From NCBI GenBank assembly GCA_022841985.1, contig JALHQL010000006.1, positions 16 to 64,015 on the forward strand: a stretch of 64,000 nucleotides of DNA, written 5' to 3'. Positions 49,673 through 59,408 of this stretch are shown in pieces. The translations under genes and the position numbers were made by a program. The DNA is from Minisyncoccota bacterium. GTDB taxonomy: Bacteria > Patescibacteriota > Minisyncoccia > Phycocordibacterales > Phycocordibacteraceae. The notes beneath the pieces were generated by a model. It was given only the letters and a program-made list of their open reading frames with translations. It was not told the DNA's origin and searched no databases. Numbering within the stretch: position 1 is the stretch's first letter; every line of letters begins with the position of its first letter.

Positions 49673-51340
49673 ATGAAAAACACCGAGGAAAATAAAATTG
49701 AAACAATAGACATTACTCCCGATAAAAGCATTTATCACAAAATCGGGGAGGCAAATTACTCGATTTCTGACGCACTCGCAGAATTAGTGGATAACTCAAT
49801 TGATGCCGCAAATGACAATGGTGTCGAGATTTATATCGTTTTAGACAAGAAAGACGAGAAAATTGTCATTGAGGACAATGGAAAGGGAATGAGCAAAGAA
49901 ATAGCTTCAAAAAGCTTGGTACTAGCCCATTCTAAAAAGCACGAGGCACTAGGTGAATTCGGTTTGGGACTAAAGTCCGCATGCACCAGTTTAGGAACAA
50001 TCTTTTCTATAACAAGTACACCTGAAGGTTCTGAAGAAAGATACTCTCTTGAATATAATAAGGAACAATTTTTAAAATCAGATGACTGGCATCATTACCC
50101 TCTCGCAATATCAAAAGCTCCAAAAAATGAACACGGAACAAGAATAGAAATCAGTAATTTGCGAATAAAATTATATGACGCTCAAGTAACACGTCTCAAG
50201 GATGACTTAGCTAAAAGATATGGACCATACATTGAACACAACAATGTTGTCATTAAAGTTGGTTTAAAAAGAGAGACGGCAAAGCCTTGTGTGCCAAGTG
50301 AAATTAAACTCGTTGAAGGTTCGAAGAAAGAATTTTCATACATGCTCTCAAAAGGAGCCACCATTACAGGTTGGTATGGTTTATCAGAGGTCGGATCACA
50401 AAAACAAAGTGGTTTTAATATGTTTCGTAGGGGGCGTCTTATACGATCATCGGAAAAGCTTGGTTATAATTACCACCCACATCTAATGAGTATTGTCGGA
50501 GAAATTAATTTGGACTCCGTCCCAGTCACACATAACAAACGAGAATTTATTATTGAATCAGGGGAATTCAAAGAGTTTATTAAAGAATTCTGGGGTGATC
50601 AGACCGAGAAATATTTAGGCCAAAAAGTGAAGGGAATGATTGATGAAGTAACAAAGACAGCTAGAGATCGATCAAACCAAGAAAAAGCTGATAGCATGCC
50701 GACTGAAAAGAAAGAGACTATAAAAAATAACTTATTGAATGCTCTTAACCGACTAGACGAATTCAAAGAGCTGGCCTATCCAGATCTGTATCAACCTAAA
50801 AAAAGGTCTGCGAGCGGAAAAGAGGACCCAAAAGAATCAAGAGAAACTGATTTACGTGTAGCCAGGGAGGAAGAAATCAAACCTACAAAAGAGGAGGAGA
50901 GGGATCAGAGAACGCCCAAAAAAACACAACCAAAAACGGCCAAATTTATCATGGTTGGTGGAAAAAAATTCAAATTCGATTTCTTTTTGAAGAATTTGGC
51001 AAATGACACCATCGACAAAGAGACAGTTATCAATCAGGAAAACGTTATTGAAATATACATTAATACGGGATTTAAAGGTTACGGCTTGACGAAAGATTCT
51101 GATTTTTATTCTACTTTCCACATAGCAGAGGCGATTGCTGAACTTTATGTTAAAGAAGCTGGTCAAAAAATGGAAAGGGTCTTTGAATTACGAAACGGTC
51201 TTATATATGAAGTGGCGTCGTTAATCTATGAAGAAGAAGAGTATAAGAAACTAGAGAAGACTGAAAAAGAACTAGTCGCAGTAACTGAAAAGAGGAAAGA
51301 GTTGGAAGAAAAAAGAACAAGAACAAGTTTAAAAATATAA
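49673..51340 (+). CDS. GHKL (MORC/MutL-like) ATPase with C-terminal coiled coil
   Basis: AELVDNSIDA, EDNGKGM, GEFGLGLKSA, GTRIEI; S5-like GFNMFRRGRLI...THNKREF. Confidence 0.88.
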   Translation: MKNTEENKIETIDITPDKSIYHKIGEANYSISDALAELVDNSIDAANDNGVEIYIVLDKKDEKIVIEDNGKGMSKEIASKSLVLAHSKKHEALGEFGLGLKSACTSLGTIFSITSTPEGSEERYSLEYNKEQFLKSDDWHHYPLAISKAPKNEHGTRIEISNLRIKLYDAQVTRLKDDLAKRYGPYIEHNNVVIKVGLKRETAKPCVPSEIKLVEGSKKEFSYMLSKGATITGWYGLSEVGSQKQSGFNMFRRGRLIRSSEKLGYNYHPHLMSIVGEINLDSVPVTHNKREFIIESGEFKEFIKEFWGDQTEKYLGQKVKGMIDEVTKTARDRSNQEKADSMPTEKKETIKNNLLNALNRLDEFKELAYPDLYQPKKRSASGKEDPKESRETDLRVAREEEIKPTKEEERDQRTPKKTQPKTAKFIMVGGKKFKFDFFLKNLANDTIDKETVINQENVIEIYINTGFKGYGLTKDSDFYSTFHIAEAIAELYVKEAGQKMERVFELRNGLIYEVASLIYEEEEYKKLEKTEKELVAVTEKRKELEEKRTRTSLKI

Positions 51341-51341
51341 A

Positions 51342-52754
51342 ATGAGTCAGACCCTTAAGCGAGCAAACGAATATTTTGGGGTAACTGAGTCTGACTATAA
51401 GAAGACTGGCGCATTTAATCCGGTCATCGGTGTAGACAGCTTATTTTTTGTAGATCCGCTACTGCTCTCTAAAACAAGAATACCTGAGTTCAAGGATGCT
51501 CAAAAAGAGGTGCGTGATTATTTTGCTAGTGTCATCACACTTATCAGAAGTGGTAATCAAAAAGCAAAAGCACTAGCTCACAAGAAACTTATTTTAAGAG
51601 AGGTTAGGGGTATCGGCATAGGTTACGGTAGTACATCTGATGATGGTTCCGCCATTGGTCCAAAACTTGCAAAACGTTTGTTAAATACTGCAGAGGAACT
51701 CATCCAGATGGGTATTACCGATCCAGCCATCTTTGAAGTCATGGGTCTTTTTGAGGAAGATTTTGGGCCAGATCGACTTAGTGACGGCTTGACACGCATT
51801 CTTCTCAAACGCGTCTGCCAATATTCTGAACGAATCACGAAAGAACTCAAAATTATAGATACATATACACTAACTACTTATGAGAGAAAGTACACTCTAA
51901 CAAAACACCCCCTTAAAGATGGGCCTTTGCTTTTCGTGCCCCAAGGCATATTGCGAGATCTCCCGATAGCGAATAGTTTTGAGGAGATTAGTGTAGTTGC
52001 AATTTTTAATGAAGATCTGAGAAAGAAATTTAATTCTATTCTGGCATCCTGTTTTGCTGGAGATAAAAATAAAAAGCCCAAGAAATCTGAAATTAAGAAA
52101 TATCTCCTAGAAACGAAAGATGGAATCAAAACAGTTGTTGCGGCATATCAGTCATGTAGTCCTGAATCGTATAATTTTGACACCGATCCTTCTGGTTTAT
52201 ATCTGTGGCTTGAGAAAGCAAAACAGTTAGCTCGTGAGAACCCAATTTCACTTCCATCAAAACCAAAACAAGGTGATATTGATGATGTGGTACAGAAAGT
52301 TATACAGGCATTTAAAAGAGGAATTGAATCTAAGGGTTGGTGGAAATCACTTTATAACGAGAGTAAGGAATCACTGAATGAAAGCCACGCAAGACATTTC
52401 TTTTATGCAACCGCGCTCTTGTATTGCGAAGCATGTGATATTGATATTTCACCCGAATCAAATGCTGGTCAAGGTCCAGTAGATTTCAAATTGAGCCGTG
52501 GTCACAAAAAGATAGTTGTTGAAATAAAATTAACTTCAGGACATGTTCGACAAGGTTATGAAAAACAAACACGAATATATGAAGAAAGTGAAGATGCTGA
52601 AGCTAGTTATTTCCTTGTTGTTCAAGTAACAGAGAAAAGTAAAGTTCTGCAAAAGGTGCTTAAAATGGAGGAAGTGGAAGAAAAGGAGGGTAAAAAACAC
52701 CCGACAATCGTAGTTGTGGATGGGCGAGAGAAACCGTCAGCAAGTCACGCCTAG
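51342..52754 (+). CDS. Hypothetical protein with C-terminal PD-(D/E)XK-like nuclease motif
   Basis: E...R...SPESNAGQGPVDFK....VVEIKL; 1 nt after ATPase stop. Confidence 0.75.
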   Translation: MSQTLKRANEYFGVTESDYKKTGAFNPVIGVDSLFFVDPLLLSKTRIPEFKDAQKEVRDYFASVITLIRSGNQKAKALAHKKLILREVRGIGIGYGSTSDDGSAIGPKLAKRLLNTAEELIQMGITDPAIFEVMGLFEEDFGPDRLSDGLTRILLKRVCQYSERITKELKIIDTYTLTTYERKYTLTKHPLKDGPLLFVPQGILRDLPIANSFEEISVVAIFNEDLRKKFNSILASCFAGDKNKKPKKSEIKKYLLETKDGIKTVVAAYQSCSPESYNFDTDPSGLYLWLEKAKQLARENPISLPSKPKQGDIDDVVQKVIQAFKRGIESKGWWKSLYNESKESLNESHARHFFYATALLYCEACDIDISPESNAGQGPVDFKLSRGHKKIVVEIKLTSGHVRQGYEKQTRIYEESEDAEASYFLVVQVTEKSKVLQKVLKMEEVEEKEGKKHPTIVVVDGREKPSASHA

Positions 52755-52929
52755 TCATATTTACTTTTCAATAGAATAATCAACTGCATTTTGCCCTTTA
52801 TCTGAGTTTGGTTTAGGCGTCTCAAACCACTCCGGATGCTCCTTATGCATTTTCCTCAGTTTTTGTATACTTGTATCAAGAATCCAGAAATTAAAGCGTC
52901 TTTTTGGTTCTAATTTCGGGACATCGTCA

Positions 52930-53098
52930 CCGCCGCGAAGCGGAAAAAGAGGAAAGGAAATTTTTGGTTTGCCTGCGCGAGTCCGCGAGCGCGGTCGAGG
53001 CGCGTTCCAGCGCAATCGGAGCGTACGCTTCGGGTTCAAGCCACCACGCGCTCCGCGCGTGCGAAGTGGGTTCGAGCAAAGGTGATACACTCACCGCC
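52930..53098 (+). repeat. Diverged third copy of repeat B, ending in CCGCC (outer attR-like)
   Basis: cgcgagtccgcgagcg...atcggagcgtac...ttcaagccaccacgcgctccgcgcgtgcga shared with 49329-49427. Confidence 0.85.
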
Positions 53099-53196
53099 TC
53101 AAAAGAAGATATTGAGTGCGCTGAAGTGGTTGCAGCTTGTACACAAAAACGCACAGAACAATTCTGCCGTGCCATACTCTCTGCTATTATTCCCTC

Positions 53197-53670
53197 ATGA
53201 CTCGCGAAGCGATTTTAGAATGGAAAGGAAGAGAATACGATCATAATCCCAAAAGCGCCGATTGGTATTGGGCACTTGGCATCATTGCGGTCGCCGGCAC
53301 TATAGCAGCAATACTTTTCGGCAGTTACCTGATCGCGATGCTCATTGTCATCGCAACAGTATCGATCGCACTCCACGCCGCAAAACAACCACCCCTGCAT
53401 CGCTTTCGTCTTGTCGAGCAAGGCATCGTCATCGGCGACGAGCTGCATCCTTTTGCACGAATGACCTCCTTCTCTGTGCTTGAAGACATCGAGGGAACGC
53501 TCCCTCCGATGATTTCCATAAAAACTGATAGTTGGCTCTCGCCGCACCTCGTCATTCCGCTTGAGGGTGTTGATGTTGATATGGTATATGCCTACTTCCT
53601 CCATCATGTTGATGAAGAAGCCCACCATCACACGTTCGTCGATTTGGTGGCGGCGTGGCTCAGATTCTGA
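53197..53670 (+). CDS. Hypothetical membrane protein (two TM)
   Basis: LEWKGREY...DWYWALG; -10 box 6 nt before ATG. Confidence 0.8.
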   Translation: MTREAILEWKGREYDHNPKSADWYWALGIIAVAGTIAAILFGSYLIAMLIVIATVSIALHAAKQPPLHRFRLVEQGIVIGDELHPFARMTSFSVLEDIEGTLPPMISIKTDSWLSPHLVIPLEGVDVDMVYAYFLHHVDEEAHHHTFVDLVAAWLRF

Positions 53671-53685
53671 TATACATTCACTATT

Positions 53686-53760
53686 GCCCCCGTCGTTCAA
53701 CGGATAGGACGCGAGCTTGCGGAGTTCGTAATCGAGGTTCGATTCCTCGCGGGGGCACCA
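53686..53760 (+). tRNA. tRNA-Arg(GCG)
   Basis: GCCCCCG acceptor, CGAGC-TT GCG GA-GTTCG, TTCGA, encoded CCA. Confidence 0.93.
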
Positions 53761-53916
53761 AGTAGGAAAGGACGGTTGATTTATTGAGAACCTGCTGCGC
53801 AGAAGATTTTTGTCGCGCTTGAGACAAAACAAGGAATATGCTCTACTTTATCTAGATTAGTAATGAGCCATTTCGGCTCTGTAGGACATTCTCAAACAAA
53901 AAAAGGAGGTTCGACC

Positions 53917-54261
53917 ATGAAGAGATGCTCTGTAGAGGAATTGAAACAGAACGGCGAAGAGACTCCTGAGTCTATCCTCGCCCACGCCCAATGGAGGAAA
54001 TCGCGAGGTCGCAATCCGAGCAAGGGTTACAAGGGCCAGAACAATCCTAGAAAGGCATTGGCTCTTGCTATCAAGGATTTTCTGTTCAATTGCTACAAGA
54101 TCGCAGCTCGCAAGTGGCTCAGCGACCTGCGCGAAAGCACCAGCCAGTACAGAAAGCTCAGTCGCTACATCCGCAAGGCAGCTCGGAGGGGCAAATTCTT
54201 GCTCGCCGAGATCGGCACTAGCGAGAGGGAGCTCCGGTCGTTCACCAAGATTCCGACCTAG
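53917..54261 (+). CDS. Basic hypothetical protein (114 aa)
   Basis: AAAGGAGG-ttcgacc-ATG; terminator follows. Confidence 0.6.
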   Translation: MKRCSVEELKQNGEETPESILAHAQWRKSRGRNPSKGYKGQNNPRKALALAIKDFLFNCYKIAARKWLSDLRESTSQYRKLSRYIRKAARRGKFLLAEIGTSERELRSFTKIPT

Positions 54262-54287
54262 TTTCAGTCGATTCGCGTTTCTCAATC

Positions 54288-54323
54288 AAAGCCCCAAGTG
54301 GAATTCAATCCGCTTGGGGCTTT
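54288..54323 (+). terminator. Terminator
   Basis: aaagccccaagtgga...tccgcttggggcttt. Confidence 0.7.
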
Positions 54324-54371
54324 CACTTTTTCTAAGTGATATTGTGCGAAGTATGGTGTTACACTTTCCTT

Positions 54372-55292
54372 ATGGATGCTGAGGCGGCAAAACGACAGTT
54401 TCTTGAATATATCGAGATTGAACGCGGCCGTGCAGTAAAGACTATTGAGAATTATGACCGCTATCTCACCCGCTACTTCACCCAGATGAAGATACAGAAC
54501 GTAAGCGGCATTAGCGAACAGAGTATTCGAGAGTTCCGCCTCTGGCTCAATCGGCAGCCGGGTACGGCTGCCGATTCCATGAAGCGCCGCACTCAGAATT
54601 ACTACATGATTGCACTCCGCGCCTTTCTCAAGTTTCTCCGAAAACGCGATATTGCTGCCATTTCTCCTGAGAAAATAGAGCTTGCGAAGCTTCCTGAGCG
54701 ACAACTTGACCTTATTACTTCTGCCGAACTAGAACGTCTTATACAAGCACCTAGAGAAGCATTTAAGAAAGAAAAAGACCCTGACAAAGCAAGGTCCTAC
54801 TTGCGAGATACTGCGATTCTCGAACTATTATTCTCCACCGGTCTGCGCGTCTCCGAGCTCTGTGCACTCAATTCTGATATTGATTTAACGCGCGACGAGG
54901 TTTCGGTGCGCGGCAAAGGCGAGAAAGTCCGTGTCGTATTCCTCTCCCCTACTGCGAAGCAGGCTGTACGCGAATACCTCAAGGCAAGAAATGACATGGA
55001 AGAAGCTTTGTTCGTAGATGGCAGACCAAACAAATTGCACCGCATCATCCCCCGCGACGTCCAACGGCATTTGAAATCATATGTAGCGCGGGCGGGTATC
55101 ACAAACGTCGTTACGCCGCACACCCTCCGTCACGTCTTCGCCACAGATCTTCTGACTAATGGCGCCGACATCCGCTCTGTCCAACAACTCCTCGGTCATG
55201 CTTCCATCAACACGACCCAAATTTACACACACATCACTGACTCGCACCTACGAGAAATCCATAAAAAATTCCACGGACAGAAACGCACATAA
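54372..55292 (+). CDS. XerC/XerD-type tyrosine recombinase
   Basis: STGLRVSEL, GKGEKVR, TPHTLRH, LLGHASINTTQIYTH. Confidence 0.93.
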   Translation: MDAEAAKRQFLEYIEIERGRAVKTIENYDRYLTRYFTQMKIQNVSGISEQSIREFRLWLNRQPGTAADSMKRRTQNYYMIALRAFLKFLRKRDIAAISPEKIELAKLPERQLDLITSAELERLIQAPREAFKKEKDPDKARSYLRDTAILELLFSTGLRVSELCALNSDIDLTRDEVSVRGKGEKVRVVFLSPTAKQAVREYLKARNDMEEALFVDGRPNKLHRIIPRDVQRHLKSYVARAGITNVVTPHTLRHVFATDLLTNGADIRSVQQLLGHASINTTQIYTHITDSHLREIHKKFHGQKRT

Positions 55293-55338
55293 CTTGAACT
55301 TAGAAAAATGAAGATATCCTCTGTGGCGCTGACGATTT

Positions 55339-56277
55339 TTATTGTGGAGGAAGATCGTTCGAAGATTCGGTCGTTGAGTCGGCAAGCGGCGGATCGGACG
55401 GAGTCGTCTCATCAGTTTGGCTAACTGGTGGAACAGTTATCGCACCATCTTCTGACGGGGGATCATTCTCAAGAGACGGCGTTTCTGTTAGCTCAGACGA
55501 GGAAGTCTCTTCTTTCTCTGAATCCTCAATCGGCGGAGCTGGATTAGTCGAAATTTCCTCGATCGTCAGGGAATCTTCAAGACTTTGAGTAAGTTGAGGC
55601 AAGGGGTCCGTTTGAGTTATCGGGGCAATTACCGGAAGATCGGCGGTAAGAGTGAGGACGATATGTTCTGTATCGTGATACCCAGCCCCAGCCGTCCCTC
55701 CCTCTTGATAGGCCTCGTACTTGAGATCGAGCACGCATTTTTGACCATCAACGACTCCTGGAGCTGGACTTGGCAGAGAAAGCGCGAGAGACCATGGAGT
55801 AAATGCGCTGGTATCGATCGTGGAAAACGAAACTACTGAGCCCAGGTAGGCTAGGGGATCGCTTCCCGCTGCGTTAATGGCGGCACAAAACGTCGCATTG
55901 CCCGAAGCGGTGCCAGAAACCTTATATCGCATCGGGAGAGAACCAACTACAGGAGTTGGAGTAAGTACAAATGTTTCTCCTGGCTGAGCAAGAAAAAGTG
56001 TTGCGGAGTCACGGTCAGACGTCACCGTGAAATCAAGCGGGCCCGCTGCAAATGTATTTCCAGTCGACTGCTCATTGTCCCTGAAATAAGAGCTGGTCCC
56101 TCCTATCGAAAGAAGCGTCGGGACCGCGATAACCGCCAAGAGAGCAATTGCGACGATTGGTGAACGATGTACTCGTTTCTCTATGGGCGTAGAAACTGTT
56201 ACCCGACGAGGTATAAACATGTCCGACATGTCCGACGACCGCTCGTACACTATCGTTGTGAAGGGTATCTTTTTCAT
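55339..56277 (-). CDS. SipW-signal-peptide protein with acidic tail
   Basis: GGTSSYFRDNEQSTGNTFAAGPLDF. Confidence 0.8.
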   Translation of the reverse strand: MKKIPFTTIVYERSSDMSDMFIPRRVTVSTPIEKRVHRSPIVAIALLAVIAVPTLLSIGGTSSYFRDNEQSTGNTFAAGPLDFTVTSDRDSATLFLAQPGETFVLTPTPVVGSLPMRYKVSGTASGNATFCAAINAAGSDPLAYLGSVVSFSTIDTSAFTPWSLALSLPSPAPGVVDGQKCVLDLKYEAYQEGGTAGAGYHDTEHIVLTLTADLPVIAPITQTDPLPQLTQSLEDSLTIEEISTNPAPPIEDSEKEETSSSELTETPSLENDPPSEDGAITVPPVSQTDETTPSDPPLADSTTESSNDLPPQ

Positions 56278-56840
56278 GATAAAAATTCTCTCTCTTCTTT
56301 CGTAGAGGATTCAGGTTCTACATATTTACGCCTGCTTCGCAGAGTAATTTTTATTTCACGCGCGATACCTATTGCCTCGTAGCAGATAATGAGTGCCGCA
56401 GGTATAGCAATAAGAAGAGCGAAGCCAAGCTGGGTTTTACTAAACGCAAGAATATAACCTGCGTAAGGGAGCGAGAAGATGACACGCCCAATAACTTTAT
56501 TTGCAGGCGTTTCGCTAGGATCGACATCTTCGTTCGCGTCTCCTTTGGTCTCAAAGTACGTCATATCCCCTTCAGTACGTATCGATACAATACGATGCGT
56601 CGTCGGTATCGAAGTGCGGGTATCGTCGCCAAAAGTTATTACATCACCCGCTTTGTAATCAGTCGCCGGATGTATGAGGATCAAACTCCCTGTCAATATC
56701 GCGGGCTCCATCGAGCCTGAACGCACAATTTTCAACTCATAGGGATTAAGTAAGCCGAGATGGGGTGCCACAAGAAAAGCAACCGCCCCGAAAATAATCA
56801 GAGCAAGGAGCGTATTCAGGATGATATTGACGACCTTCAT
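56274..56840 (-). CDS. sipW: Signal peptidase I, SipW type
   Basis: VRSGSMEP, GDVITF, THRIV, TKGDAN. Confidence 0.92.
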   Translation of the reverse strand: MKVVNIILNTLLALIIFGAVAFLVAPHLGLLNPYELKIVRSGSMEPAILTGSLILIHPATDYKAGDVITFGDDTRTSIPTTHRIVSIRTEGDMTYFETKGDANEDVDPSETPANKVIGRVIFSLPYAGYILAFSKTQLGFALLIAIPAALIICYEAIGIAREIKITLRSRRKYVEPESSTKEEREFLS

Positions 56841-57835
56841 GACTTTTTACTCCCGAACAGACCCCAACCGAACGAGAATGGGAAACTGAATCCATTTTTA
56901 TTACTTGTTTGGCGCCACACATCACTATTTCCACTAGTGGGTTTGTTGTTATTATTTTTCCCGGGTGCTGTGTCACTTCCACCCGAATTCCCTGGTCCTG
57001 TGCCAGGACCATCATTCCCGGAATTCCCAATACCAGGAGGAGGCGGGTCCTCCCCATTCCCCACCCCATTGTTCCCTTTTGGCGACTTATCATCACAAAC
57101 GAACTTCGGTTGATCTTTTGAACTTACCGCTCGAATAAGCACGTCGACTGAAAATGAATCTGTCTGCGCCGCATTTCCGAGCACACCTCCATCACATTTC
57201 ATTGCGCCAGTTTTAGAATTCACGGTGAGATTCCCCGTGCACCAACACATCCCAACGTACTTTGTCTTCCCTTGTTTGATAAAGCTATTGTTTTTCGAAT
57301 CTCCGACGGCGTACGTTTTATTATTTAATACATGTAGCGCTTGTTGTATCGTCGTGCCGAATATTGTTTCCTCACTTGGCGGCTCGAATTTTCCATCGCC
57401 ATCATCAATCCATCCGTAGAATTCCGTGCCCGCCGCGAGCTCTCCTGAAACATTTCCATTTGGATCCACGAGTGCCTCTGGTTCGTTTATACCGCTTTCA
57501 TCGTTCTTCATGTTCTTGAAGTCGATGCACGCATATGCGTCTGATTTTTTTGCGTGAATGCTTATCACGTTACACCCGAAGTCGCCAGGCTTCACATCGT
57601 TTAAATTAAAGAATTTATCGACGCCTGGCGTGAGATCTTTGAGTGCCCATGTCGCAGACGGAACTGACACGCCGTTGTACCATGCTTTGCTATCTATTTT
57701 TAGATCAAGCTTTGTTGAAGTAAACGACGCTGTCGCCACCGTGTCTCCTGGCACAAATGATGCTGCAGTACCGGCAAACACCATCATCCCAAGAAGGATG
57801 ATGGTGCGCTTGCCGATGATGCGTATTGGGCTCAT
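56837..57835 (-). CDS. TasA/camelysin-like protein with Gly/Asn/Pro tail
   Basis: LDLKID, KFFNLNDVKPGDFG, NAAQTD shared with neighbours. Confidence 0.75.
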   Translation of the reverse strand: MSPIRIIGKRTIILLGMMVFAGTAASFVPGDTVATASFTSTKLDLKIDSKAWYNGVSVPSATWALKDLTPGVDKFFNLNDVKPGDFGCNVISIHAKKSDAYACIDFKNMKNDESGINEPEALVDPNGNVSGELAAGTEFYGWIDDGDGKFEPPSEETIFGTTIQQALHVLNNKTYAVGDSKNNSFIKQGKTKYVGMCWCTGNLTVNSKTGAMKCDGGVLGNAAQTDSFSVDVLIRAVSSKDQPKFVCDDKSPKGNNGVGNGEDPPPPGIGNSGNDGPGTGPGNSGGSDTAPGKNNNNKPTSGNSDVWRQTSNKNGFSFPFSFGWGLFGSKKS

Positions 57836-57852
57836 GACGTTATGTCATTGCA

Positions 57853-59301
57853 CTAGCTGCCAATGTCGTCGTTTGTTATTGTGCAGGTGATAGATTCACC
57901 CTCATCGAGAGTCACTACACCACCTAAGACAGCGGGGCATTTTGCACTACCCATGATTGATGCAAAAGAATACCCGACCACTGCATCCTCATTAATGATG
58001 TGAGGGAAATTGGCTGTAACTCCTTGAGATGTATTTTGTGGTACTAACACCCCATCAATACGTAACTTGAACTGATTAGCCGTCTTGGTACCGCCATTGT
58101 CGTTAATTACATTCTTTATGAGCGTGATGTTTCCAGGCAGATCGTTATTTGTGATGGTGCAAGTCTTATTATCGCCCGCTGCAAGCGTAATACCTCCCTC
58201 GCTATCGCAATCGCCGCTAAACGAAGCGACGTAGCCTGCGACACCTGTCTCAGTCACGCTGTAAGCCCCAGGGACAACTGTAGTCGTTACTCCAGAAGTG
58301 ACTGGCGTAATGACGACACCGTTATCAACGAAGAGCTGATAGTCAGCAACGACATTGTTACCACCATTGTCATTCACAACCTGCTTTATAACCGTGATTT
58401 TCGCCGTACGAGTGTTGGTGCCGCCGCAAGAGAAGTTCGGATTGTTACGCGCCTGAACAGCACGGAATGCAACATCGACAGTAGCCTTGTCTGTTTGAGT
58501 GAGATTATTGAGAGCAGCCCCATCGCAAAGCAGGCCGGAATTAACGCTTGGATTTACTCCTTGACCGGCTGCTACGGGATTCAGAGATAAATTGCCGAAA
58601 CACCATCCTTTGGCGATGTAGACAGTCTTATTGGCAGGAATCGGACCTGGAGTTTGTGGTGTCCATACATTATGAGTGGGATCAGCAAGGGCAACTGAAA
58701 ACGGTGTTGATGTAGCGAGATTGTAGAGTGTTTGTACACCGTTAGAAATCGGATTCTCTCCGACTTCATACACATTATCTCCATCGTCTGCCCACCAGAA
58801 CATTTGAATGTTCTGTGCGAGTTCACCATCCCAGGTGTTGTTGATGTCCTCTGGGGCATCAGGAGTTACGAGCTCTGGTTCAGTCGAAGAGTTGTCATCG
58901 TTACTTGTGAGCGACAAATCCATACACACCCATGCATCATTCTGTACATGAAGCGAAATAGTGTCTTCACCTTCATCATCTGGCTTCATATCGTTGAAGT
59001 TGAAGAACAGGAGACCCTTGTCGAGGTCGCTCAAGGGGAAGGAGGTGTCGCAAGAGGTACCCGGAACTGGATACGCTGCACTACCCTGCCATTTCCAAAC
59101 TGGTTCCTCAGAAGTGCCAACGTTGGTACATTTTTTGAGATTGTAATAACTCTCGTTATCTACTTTGAGATCAATTGCGCCGGCAGCAAATGTGTTGCCG
59201 CTCGAAGTCTCAGAGTCCGAAAAGAATGCGCCTGTGCTTCCTATCGCAATGAGCGATATCGAAGCGATAATCACAGCGAGACTAGCGTACATGCGGTGCA
59301 T
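57853..59301 (-). CDS. TasA/camelysin-like protein with two C-terminal Ig-like repeats
   Basis: TGAFFSDSETSSGNTFAAGAIDLKVD, DMKPDD; repeats K.V.NDNGG...CTITN.D. Confidence 0.82.
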   Translation of the reverse strand: MHRMYASLAVIIASISLIAIGSTGAFFSDSETSSGNTFAAGAIDLKVDNESYYNLKKCTNVGTSEEPVWKWQGSAAYPVPGTSCDTSFPLSDLDKGLLFFNFNDMKPDDEGEDTISLHVQNDAWVCMDLSLTSNDDNSSTEPELVTPDAPEDINNTWDGELAQNIQMFWWADDGDNVYEVGENPISNGVQTLYNLATSTPFSVALADPTHNVWTPQTPGPIPANKTVYIAKGWCFGNLSLNPVAAGQGVNPSVNSGLLCDGAALNNLTQTDKATVDVAFRAVQARNNPNFSCGGTNTRTAKITVIKQVVNDNGGNNVVADYQLFVDNGVVITPVTSGVTTTVVPGAYSVTETGVAGYVASFSGDCDSEGGITLAAGDNKTCTITNNDLPGNITLIKNVINDNGGTKTANQFKLRIDGVLVPQNTSQGVTANFPHIINEDAVVGYSFASIMGSAKCPAVLGGVVTLDEGESITCTITNDDIGS

Positions 59302-59408
59302 AAAATTGTGTGTAATTTAATAATTTCCCTTACTGGTTTCCCTTCCAGCCCGCCGGGCCCCAGCAGTCGGGGCTCGGAACGGCTAAAGAGAACTTACTAC
59401 TACTGTGC

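Larger units (their letters stand above)
41648..53098. mobile_element. Composite integrative island at tRNA-Ser 3' end (recombinase-bearing unit 41648-49493 plus recombinase-less unit 49494-53098)
   Basis: Serine recombinase next to tRNA, CCGCC(A) core repeated at 41648, 49488 and 53094, shared end repeats, visibly AT-richer cargo. Confidence 0.8.

Noticed and set aside
52761-53090. 109-aa minus-strand ORF
   Set aside because: The first half lies in the diverged B repeat; the rest has no clear start and is at most a gene remnant.
41654-53098. Prophage or conjugative element
   Set aside because: No capsid, terminase, replication, relaxase or T4SS genes inside the island.
54372-55292. Tyrosine recombinase as island integrase or integron IntI
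   Set aside because: Looks like housekeeping XerC/D, has host-like composition, lies outside the repeat-defined island and shows no attC array.
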